From the NCBI GenBank assembly GCA_964016885.1, contig OZ024742.1, forward strand, positions 63,426,001 through 63,490,000: a stretch of DNA of 64,000 bases, given 5' to 3'. Both the position numbers and the translations under genes were made by a program. Of the stretch, positions 53,538-64,000 are shown piece after piece. The first letter of the stretch is position 1. Every line of letters begins with the position of its first letter. The notes below the pieces were generated by a model. It was not told where the DNA came from and ran no database searches. It saw only the letters and a list, made by a program, of their open reading frames with translations. Source of the DNA: Eledone cirrhosa. Lineage: Eukaryota.

Positions 53538-54145
53538 TGGTGGCTGCCAACTCGTTTTCGAGTACGGCCACTACTTTATATCCATGTAGGAGAACCCCTA
53601 CCGATGCGCTGAACGAATGTGACTTTTTAGTCCAGCCAGCGACTTGAAAACTCTGGTACAAAGACTACACTTGTGACCATTATTGACACATAGTGCAGGG
53701 CCCATGGTACCATGTGACGACAAGTGCAGAGAGATCTCCAGATATAAAGCAATGCCTGTGCTGTGAAGCTTTTATAGTGAGCAAAGGCACTGCACAAAGC
53801 CAGTCCCACTCTCTTAACCAAGATGATATTTACCAAAAAGAAGAACAAGTCAACATCATTGGATACCATCAGGGTTGCAGGTGTTATATCAGAGTTTTCC
53901 TTCTCCTAGAATTCTGCCTTGACAAAGGCTAAGGGGTCATCTCTCCCGGTGATTTTGGATGGCTATTGACTCTTAAGAGCTCCCTTGCCCTTTGACAGGT
54001 TTTGTTTTTAGTCCTGCAGGATGTCCAAAGTCACCCTCCTCACCAAGAAACCTTGGTGGGGTTGCCAGTTTAGTCGCCAACGACCCGACCATGAGACAGG
54101 TTGTACTGGGATACATGTTACCAGTAGCACCAACTGGTGACCTGA
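53538..54145 (-). mobile_element. (CATA)n-bounded repeat unit
   Basis: Matches 34892-35465 and the 21-23 kb array. Confidence 0.75.
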
Positions 54146-54191
54146 CATACATACATACATACATACATACATACATACATACATACATACA

Positions 54192-54224
<33 letters not shown>

Positions 54225-54311
54225 TTCTTATGTGATATCATAATCTGCTCTGTAAGAGCATCGAGTGCTCAAACGGCCTACCGCTTACGGACGCTTTAAG
54301 CATCCCACACC

Positions 54312-54351
<40 letters not shown>

Positions 54352-54384
54352 AGTGTAATTTTCTACACAAAACGAAGGTTATAG

Positions 54385-54563
54385 AGAAAATTGAGGTTGG
54401 TAATGGCACATGGAATATATAAGAGACAGAATACTTTTTTGTGAAAAAACATAATTTTATAAGGTAAGGAAATAATATTATTTCCTTACCTTATAAAATT
54501 ATGTTTTTTCACAAAAAAGTATTCTGTCTCTTATATATTCCATGTGCCATTACCAACCTCAAT

Positions 54564-54570
<7 letters not shown>
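54385..54570. repeat. Spacerless palindrome (~92-bp arms) between (TA)n tracts
   Basis: Centred on AATAATATTATT. The left flank matches 18476-18515. Confidence 0.85.
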
Positions 54571-54608
<38 letters not shown>

Positions 54609-54677
54609 TTTGAGTATATGTTGGTTGTTTACCGAAGCCAAATTTTAAATATTTGACTTATTTATTTTATTTTATTT

Positions 54678-54756
<79 letters not shown>

Positions 54757-54769
54757 ATATTATTATTAT

Positions 54770-56715
54770 TATTGACTTCGCCCTCAAAGAAAAAAAGCAA
54801 AAGTCATAAACACAACACCAACATTAGCAAGCGCATAACCACCACCATCATACCACTAGCAGCCACATCAGAATCCCCACCACTACCACTACCATCACAT
54901 CACTACCATCAACACCAGAATCACCACCACCGCAGACATCAATAGCATCTGAAACCCAACAATCCCACAACAACAGCAGTAAAAAAACAATAAAAGACAA
55001 ATTATACAGCCTTAAATACAAAAATTAAAAAATTTAATGAAGTACGTAGGCCAACACACAAACATCACAAGAGATAACTACCTCACACCAACAATAACCA
55101 TACCAAAAGATAAAAATTATAGAAACCACCCAAGACACTTGCACAAACTTAAAAATGAAATTCCCTGATGGAATAAGAGACTTCGTAGGTCCCTAAATAA
55201 AAGAATATACAGTGATATTATTGAGGAAGAGTACTCAATTAGCAATAAAGATGGATCAACTTTCCTCAAAATGAATACGGAAAGCGGTCAACACTTTTCC
55301 TTCCTCTCCTCAAATATGGACTTACTCAGGATAGGTAGTGTAAATGCACGTGCTCTGTAGTTGTCGTGGAACAAGAGCCACCTGCTCAGCGACCTCGGAT
55401 CACTGAACATAGATGTGGTGGCCATCAGCGAGACTAGAATTTCTGAGACATGAGGTTTCGCACCCATTTTCGGCAGCTATGAGGTGTGCACATCTCCACG
55501 CCGGCCGGGATTGGGAATCGGAGTCGCTGTGTTATTTAAACCCGGAAGGTAAGTTGGTGGTGTTGGACGTGGCCAGCAGTGAAGGACATGCGTTCTGGCT
55601 TGTGACCGTCTAAGTCCCTGTAGAGACAGGATGGCCTGATTTCTTCAAGCGCCTAGAGACCTTTCCGGAACGTCCCGCTTTCTAGATTTAGTGAGTGACT
55701 GGAACAGTGTCTTAGATGCGGAGTGAGTGAAACTGTATGGGACTATCAGATAGGAGAGGAGGGTGTAAAAGCCTCACGAACCTACTCAGACGTTTTAAAA
55801 TGTCTGATAGGTAGCAACTGGATTTCTCGAACACGAATATGGACATGGTCAAATCACATCAGGTCATCCAGATCTATTTAGATAAGGTGTTCTGTAGGGA
55901 AATAGATAAGGCTAGCATAGGTTATCCACAATTCAAAGTAATCGACTACACAAACGACAAATTTGTGATCTGTATAGTCGACTTAGACATCTTAGATATG
56001 GATACAGTTACTGGAAGCTGACTGTGTCGTTCCCAGCTCGCAAAACTTACAGAGACCCGATTAGTAAATTACTGAAGCGGATCATTAACAATAAATGTTG
56101 GCGTGCCATGAAAAGGGCAATTAGAGTAGATTCAATAAGTAGTAAATAGAATTTAAAAAACTAGACTGAAGGGAGAGCTACTCGGAAAACTAGACGATGA
56201 ATTTAGAAAAGACCTCGCGGCCGACGTGTTCGTAGCGAAATTGGCTCTCGACCAATTCTTCAACGCGAAACACAACGTCTACGTTGTCAGAACAAAGGCG
56301 CGTGCTGTTAGACACAAAAGACGAAAGGCGTTCGATAGGCATGTGTGGAGGAGGCGCGGCATAGCAATAAAGCCATAATCCGGTCTTTGGTGGACTACGA
56401 CGGGTGCATGTTAAACTATCCCAAAAAGATGTGTGCAGTGTAGCTTTTCAGCAACACAGAGTTCAGTAGTTCGGGAGCAGTGGCGGGTCGGGTCGTAGGA
56501 TGAACTTCACTGCTTACTTCGACGGCCTGCTGCGGTTCTCGGCTATGAAGGTAGAATGTTGCGAAAAGCCGATCACAAATACTGCAATACGGGAGGCGAT
56601 AACTAGCTACACGAGAACAAATCACTTAATGTGGGTGGTCTACCCACGAGTTTTATACTTACATGTCAGACTTGTTCGGTAATCTCTTGGCAGATGTCTA
56701 TTGCAATTTGAGTGA
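54770..56715 (+). pseudogene. Old decayed Tx1/L1 copy (ORF1 end and APE region), related to copy B
   Basis: MDLLRIGSVNARAL..DVVAISETR, YLNPEGKLVVLDV, YLDKVF, YWKL, LDQFFNAKH, MNFTAYFDGL, with many stops. Confidence 0.8.
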
Positions 56716-56829
56716 ATGTGTGTGTGTGTGTGTTGTACAGGTAGGCGAATAGTACATAGAATTGGCCCGTCCACCAGTACAAACACTGCGACGCTAAAAT
56801 TAAATGTCGTGTTTGCCGATTGAGTGAAG

Positions 56830-57190
56830 ACAATATAGTGTCTGGGGTGACCATTCAGTTTGGCTGAGTATATGACAACCTCTCTAGTGCTGGTGTCATG
56901 ATAAATGCACCCAATACACTTTGTAAAGTAGAAGTTTAGTGTCACGAAAAAACGGCACCCAGTACACTGTAAAGTGGTATCATTAGTGGTAGGGACATGA
57001 CAAAATGCACTATGTACATCCTGCCATGTGGTTTGTGTTGTGAAGGGCATCAGGCCGTAGAACCCATGCTAAATATGGAAAGTATGACCAAGATGAAGTC
57101 ACTCCGACCCTCTGGTCTCATATAGTGACCAACCAATCAACCCATAGCAGCGTGGAAAGTGGATATAAAATAATAATGATGATGATGATG
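56830..57190 (+). mobile_element. SINE-like repeat with a (TGA)n tail
   Basis: GAAGGGCATCAGGCCGTAGAA..CCATAGCAGCGTGGAAAGTGGATATAAAA followed by (ATG)n. Confidence 0.45.
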
Positions 57191-57352
57191 ATTGTGGTGA
57201 TGATGATATGTACATTTTTTACCGTTTCCAGTGGTACTTTACTTGATTTTTCCAACTATTATTTAAAGTAATTGACTATTATTATGGACATTTGAGTAAG
57301 ACGCATACATTTCAATTATCAAGGTATGATTGCATATATGTAACTAAGATTA

Positions 57353-59340
57353 CACCGTGTAACATATTTGTTGTTCTCCGGTTCTAAGTGTCATTTCATG
57401 GTTTGTTATATCCCATTATTATTTAAAAAAACACCATTATTTAATCAGAAGTTTGGGTTTATGGTCAGGAGTTTGATATTTCGAAATTTTCATATATTTC
57501 AAGAAAAAACACATTTTTTAAAATTTATCAGTTCATATAATTAAATCAATAGAGTATATATTCATTTTATTACACAAGCTTATCAAAAGCAAACAAGTAA
57601 AAACAAATAACATTTATAAAGCAGCTTATACACGTCAGAAATGACTGGAGTTCCTGGATTTGCGGTTGTAGTCCAGGTCACATTCCCGCACTAGCCCCCA
57701 GATATAGTCCTCCATCATTTTTTCATTGTAGTGGCCCAGGTACCTCCGCTCTATATCTTTCACATCTTGGTGGAATCGTTCGCCTTGTTCTTCTGAGTAG
57801 ACACCCTTATTGTCCTTGAATTTTTCCAGGTGAGCGTCCAGCATATGGAGTTTAAGCGACATCCTGCGTCCCATGACGCCAAAAGCCTTTATCAGATCCT
57901 GCACCAGTTGCTGGTAGTTTTGATCTCTATAGTTGCCCAGGAAGCCCTTAACAACTGCCTTGAAACAGTTCCATGCTGTTCTCTCAATTCTATTGAGCTC
58001 ATTGGAGAACTCGGTAGACTCAAACACCTTCTTTATCTGAGGTCCAACAAAAATTTCACCTTTGATTTTGGCCTCAGATAACTTGGGGAAGAACTCAAGA
58101 AGGTACTTAAAAGCGGCTGATTCTTGGTTGAGAGCCTTCACAAACTGCTTCATCAACCCCAACTTAATGTGCAGTGGCGGCATGAGCACAATCCTGGGAT
58201 CAACCAGTAGCTCCCACATGACGTTCCGGGTCCCGACAACAAATTCTGTTCGCTGCTCCCAGTTCTTTCTTTTGTAGTGGCCATAGGTGGCTCTGCTGTC
58301 CCAAAGGCAGAGGAAGCATTGGAATTTGATAAAGCCTCCTTGGAGTCCAAGCAGGAAAGCCACCACCTTGAAGTCTCCAATGATTTCCCAATTGTACTGG
58401 TTGTATTGCAGAGCTTCCAAGAGGACTTTCACACTGTAGTAATCTTCCTTCGGGCAGACTGAATGAGCTAAGGGTAGTGTCGGGAACTTGTTTCCATTGG
58501 GGAGGAGGACAGCCTTCAAACTTGTGGTGGAGCTGTCTATAAATAGCCGCCACTTCTTGGGCACAAACGGCACCCCAATAACGTCAAACAGTCCAGGCAC
58601 GTCATGGCAGAAGCAGAGGCCATCCTTAAGAGTGTAAAATCCTGAGAAAGGTTCACGTCGACTTCTCTGACTTGTCACCTGCACTTCCTCCTTGACCAAG
58701 TTCCACTGCTTCATCCTGGAGACGAATAGCTCTGCATTGGACTTGGTCAGACCCATATCCCTGACCAAGTCATTGACTTCTTTTTGGTTTGGGAAGTGAG
58801 GAACTTTTTCTGGTACCTCATGCAGGTAATCCAAGTCCTCAGCATCCATTTCCTCCTCTTCATCAGAATACTTGTCTTGGAAAATAAATTTGATATGCAA
58901 TACAAAATAAATATTGGAAAGGGAAATACATATTTAAATAATATAAAAGAACACTAATCATACTAATGAAAATTCGTGCTTAAAACACAACTTACCCTTG
59001 ATTCAGGGTGCGAAAATCCAGTATCAATAAATCTCTTTAATCCACTTTTTAACAATTTTATACTTTATTGCCCTTTTATAATTTTCTTTAGGTATTACTC
59101 TTTATTTTATAATTTTAATTTAACCTGAAACATATATAAAAAAATCATTTAACATAAGCAAATTAAACTTACATACAACGTAAAATCCAGCATACAAATA
59201 ATTCTAGTGAATAGCTTAGAATTTTTACAAACCCAAACTTTTAACTGTTTAATAGTACTTTTTTATTTGGGACCTAAGCAACACAAAAAAGTGATTACAA
59301 GCCAGGAACAGAGAGAAAAAAATTTTTTTGTTACACGGAT
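57353..59340 (-). mobile_element. Chapaev3-like (CMC group) DNA transposon
   Basis: Imperfect TIRs CACCGTGTAACA.. / ..TGTTACACGG, left end preceded by TTA, enclosing a transposase ORF. Family assignment is from recalled motifs. Confidence 0.7.
57635..58900 (-). CDS. Transposase catalytic region, uninterrupted ORF (421 codons)
   Basis: WRLFIDSS, IIGDFKV, CFLCLWDSRA, PPLHIKLGLMKQFVKAL, MSLKLHMLDAHL, SEEQGERFHQD. Confidence 0.8.
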   Translation of the reverse strand: MHIKFIFQDKYSDEEEEMDAEDLDYLHEVPEKVPHFPNQKEVNDLVRDMGLTKSNAELFVSRMKQWNLVKEEVQVTSQRSRREPFSGFYTLKDGLCFCHDVPGLFDVIGVPFVPKKWRLFIDSSTTSLKAVLLPNGNKFPTLPLAHSVCPKEDYYSVKVLLEALQYNQYNWEIIGDFKVVAFLLGLQGGFIKFQCFLCLWDSRATYGHYKRKNWEQRTEFVVGTRNVMWELLVDPRIVLMPPLHIKLGLMKQFVKALNQESAAFKYLLEFFPKLSEAKIKGEIFVGPQIKKVFESTEFSNELNRIERTAWNCFKAVVKGFLGNYRDQNYQQLVQDLIKAFGVMGRRMSLKLHMLDAHLEKFKDNKGVYSEEQGERFHQDVKDIERRYLGHYNEKMMEDYIWGLVRECDLDYNRKSRNSSHF

Positions 59341-59722
59341 AATTATCAATTGCCTTAACTTGAACTTGAGTACATTTTAAACAAGCCAAAGCTATCCAAG
59401 AACTCAATCAATCATAATCCACAAAAGCAGATTCAACCTCATTCACCAAACCCATACCGAACAAAGAAAGGTAAAAGTCACACATGTGCTTCAAAATCAT
59501 ATCCCTATCCTCCAGGTAAAACAACCACGAGACTGCACCAATTATTCGCATTGGAGTGACGAAATACATCAGGCTCCAGTCGTCGTATTACGTACGTTCT
59601 ACAATAATCTTATATATATATATATATATATAATAAGAGAGAAAGACACAAATCGTTGAGTGCTTTACTTCTGTTTACAAAAAACCCGGCGGCTTATATG
59701 ATCAACAAACTTTCATCAACTG

Positions 59723-59784
<62 letters not shown>

Positions 59785-59787
59785 ATG

Positions 59788-59862
<75 letters not shown>

Positions 59863-60334
59863 CCAAGGGTTTACGAAGAATAGATCACGGGGAAAAAAGG
59901 GTCCTGTGTAATGTACAGAGCTAAAATATATTGGAAGAAGAGTGAGAGAATGGGGTGCTGATTGTAGAGCTATCCAAGGGCACCAAATACCCACGTGTCG
60001 TCACACTAGACTAGCTGTCACACAATAATATTTCAATACTTGAGCACAATAGGGACGGCGAGGTAGTGGGATGCTGTGGGGGTTAATAATACCGGAATTT
60101 GTGTAGATTGAAGATTAGATTATCTTCGCTTTGCAGTGAAAAGTTGCTACAAAAAGCATCAATTCCAAGATGAGCAGCGAGAAAAGCAAACACTGCACAA
60201 GAACAATAAAAACAACAACGACAGCAACATTAAAACTACGGGAGAAACAATTAGAACAGCAGCAGCAGCAGCAGCAGTAGCAGCGGTAACTACTACAAAA
60301 ACAGGAGCTGAAACAATAACACATCAACAACAGT

Positions 60335-63300
60335 AGTAACGACAACAGTAACACCACTAACAACAACAACAGTAACACCACTAACAACAACAACAGTAAC
60401 GCCACTAACAACAACAACAGTAACACCACTAACAACAACAACAGTAACACCACTAACAACGACAAGAGTAACACCACTAACAACAACAACAGTAACACCA
60501 CTAACAACAACAGTAACACCACTAACAACAACAACAGTAACGCCACTAACAACAACAACAGTAACGCCACTAACAACAACAACAGTAACGCCACTAACAA
60601 CAACAACAGTAACACCACTAACAACAACAGTAACACCACTAACAACAACAACAGTAACGCCACTAACAACAACAACAGTAACGCCACTAACAACAACAAC
60701 AGTAACACCACTAACAACAACAACAGTAACACCACTAACAACAACAGTAACACCACTAACGACAACAACAGTAACGCCACTAACAACAACAACAGTAACA
60801 CCACTAACGACAACAACAGTAACGCCACTAACAACAACAACAGTAACACCACTAACAACAACAGTAACGCCACTAACAACAACAGTAACACCACTAACAA
60901 CAACAACAGTAACACCACTAACAACAACAGTAACACCACTAACAACAACAGTAACGCCACTAACAACAACAACAGTAACACCACTAACAACAACAACAGT
61001 AACACCACTAACAACAACAGTAACAGCACTAACAACAACAACAGTAACACCACTAACAACAACAACAGTAACACCACTAACAACAACAGTAACGCCACAA
61101 ACAACAACAACAGTAACGCCACTAACAACAACAACAGTAACGCCACTAACAACAACAGTAACAACACCAACAACAACAACAGTAACACCACTAACGACAA
61201 CAACAGTAACACCACTAACAACAACAACAGTACCACCACTAACAACAACAACAGTAACACCACTAACAACAACAACAGTAACACCACTAACGACAACAAC
61301 AGTAACGCCACTAACAACAACAACAGTAACACCACTAACAACAACAGTAACACCACTAACGACAACAACAGTAACACCACTAACAACAACAGTAACACCA
61401 CTAACAACAACAACAGTAACACCACTAACGACAACAACAGTAACGCCACTAACAACAACAACAGTAACACCACTAACAACAACAGTAACACCACTAACAA
61501 CAACAACAGTAACACCACTAACGACAACAACAGTAACACCACTAACAACAACAGTAACACCACTAACAACAACAGTAACACCACTAACAACAACAACAGT
61601 AACACCACTAACGACAACAACAGTAACACCACTAACAACAACAGTAACACCACTAACAACAACAGTAACACCACTAACAACAACAACAGTAACATCACTA
61701 ACGACAACAACAGTAACGCCACTAAGAACAACAACAGTAACGCCACTAACAACAACAACAGTAACGCCACTAACAACAACAACAGTAACACCACTAACAA
61801 CAACAGTAACACCACTAACAACAACAACAGTAACACCACTAACGACAACAACAGTAACACCACTAACAACAACAGTAACGCCACTAACAACAACAACAGT
61901 AACACCACTAACGACAACAACAGTAACGCCACTAAGAACAACAACAGTAACACCACTAACAACAACAACAGTAACACCACTAACGACAACAACAGTAACG
62001 CCACTAACAACAACAACAGTAACACCACTAACAACAACAGTAACGCCACTAACAACAACAGTAACACCACTAACGACAACAACAGTAACGCCACTAACAA
62101 CAACAACAGTAACACCACTAACAACAACAGTAACACCACTAACAACAACAGTAACACCACTAACAACAACAACAGTAACACCACTAACAACAACAGTAAC
62201 ACCACTAACAACAACAGTAACACCACTAACAACAACAACAGTAACACCACTAACAACAACAACAGTAACACCACTAACAACAACAACAGTAACACCACTA
62301 ACAACAACAGTAACACCACTAACAACAACAACAGTAACACCACTAACAACAACAGTAACGCCACTAACAACAACAACAGTAACACCACTAACAACAACAA
62401 CAGTAACACCACTAACAACAACAGTAACGCCACTAACAACAACAACAGTAACGCCACTAACAACAACAATAGTAACGCCACTAACAACAACAACAGTAAC
62501 ACCACTAACAACAACAACAGTAACACCACTAACAACAACAACAGTAACGCCACTAACAACAACAACAGTAACGCCACTAACAACAACAACAGTAACACCA
62601 CTAACAACAACAACAGTAACACCACTAACAACAACAACAGTAACGCCACTAACAACAACAATAGTAACGCCACTAACAACAACAACAGTAACGCCACTAA
62701 CAACAACAACAGTAACACCACTAACAACAACAACAGTAACGCCACTAACAACAACAGTAACAACACTAACAACAACAACAGTAACGCCACTAACAACAAC
62801 AGTAACACCACTAACAACAACAACAGTAACGCCACTAACAACAACAACAGTAACGCCACTAACAACAACAACAGTAACGCCACTAACAACAACAACAGTA
62901 ACACCACTAACAACAACAACAGTAACGCCACTAACAACAACAACAGTAACGCCACTAACAACAACAACAGTAACGCCACTAACAACAACAACAGTAACGC
63001 CACTAACAACAACAACAGTAACGCCACTAACAACAACAACAGTAACACCACTAACAACAACAACAGTAACGCCACTAACAACAACAGTAACAACACTAAC
63101 AACAACAACAGTAACGCCACTAACAACAACAGTAACACCACTAACAACAACAACAGTAACGCCACTAACAACAACAACAGTAACGCCACTAACAACAACA
63201 ACAGTAACGTCACTAACAACAACAACAGTAACACCACTAACAACAACATCAGTAACAGCACTAACAACAACAACAGTAACACCACTAACAACAACAACAG

Positions 63301-64000
63301 TAACGCCACTAACAACAACAGTAACGCCACTAACAACAACAACAGTAACGCCACTAACAACAACAGTAACACCACTAACAACAACAACAGTAACGCCACT
63401 AACAACAACAACAGTAACACCACTAACAACAACAACAGTAACGCCACTAACAACAACAGTAACGCCACTAACAACAACAACAGTAACGCCACTAACAACA
63501 ACAATAGTAACGCCACTAACAACAACAACAGTAACGCCACTAACAACAACAGTAACGCCACTAACAACAACAACAGTAACGCCACTAACAACAACAACAG
63601 TAACACCACTAACAACAACAACAGTAACGCCACTAACAACAACAGTAACGCCACTAACAACAACAACAGTAACGCCACTAACAACAACAATAGTAACGCC
63701 ACTAACAACAACAACAGTAACGCCACTAACAACAACAACAGTAACACCACTAACAACAACAACAGTAACGCCACTAACAACAACAGTAACAACACTAACA
63801 ACAACAACAGTAACGCCACTAACAACAACAGTAACGCCACTAACAACAACAACAGTAACGCCACTAACAACAACAACAGTAACGCCACTAACAACAACAA
63901 CAGTAACGCCACTAACAACAACAACAGTAACACCACTAACAACAACAACAGTAACGCCACTAACAACAACAGTAACGCCACTAACAACAACAACAGTAAC
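60335..64000. repeat. Minisatellite with an 18/21-bp unit (AAC)3-4-AGT-AAC-(A/G)CC-ACT, running off the window
   Basis: Directly visible over at least 3.6 kb. Confidence 0.97.

Noticed and set aside
60115-63993. 1292-aa poly-Leu/Val ORF on minus
   Set aside because: Antisense read-through of the AAC-based minisatellite with no realistic protein features.

Overview
Repeat-saturated, AT-rich animal genomic DNA with dense microsatellites. The SINE and microsatellite content suggests an octopus or other cephalopod (inference only). No host protein-coding gene is supported: most listed ORFs are microsatellite read-through and the rest are transposon-derived. Recognisable elements are two tandem Tx1/L1-clade LINEs bounded by (GATA)n plus a third decayed copy, a complete Buster-type hAT with TIRs and an 8-bp TSD, a Chapaev3-like element, a mariner/Tc1 remnant and its 77-bp mini-derivative, RTE, CR1/L2, CRE-like and R4-like LINE fragments, Helitron ends, tRNA-type SINEs, Penelope-like (GIY-YIG) fragments and a 3.7-kb AAC-derived minisatellite. 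The most striking hidden signal is about 20 type I hammerhead-ribozyme motifs (CUGANGA...GAAA, three stems, often a palindromic stem III) from more than 10 unrelated short families. They sit next to (TA)n tracts and often inside fold-back inverted repeats whose turn-point lies just 5' of the ribozyme core. All structures were folded by eye and need computational and biochemical confirmation.
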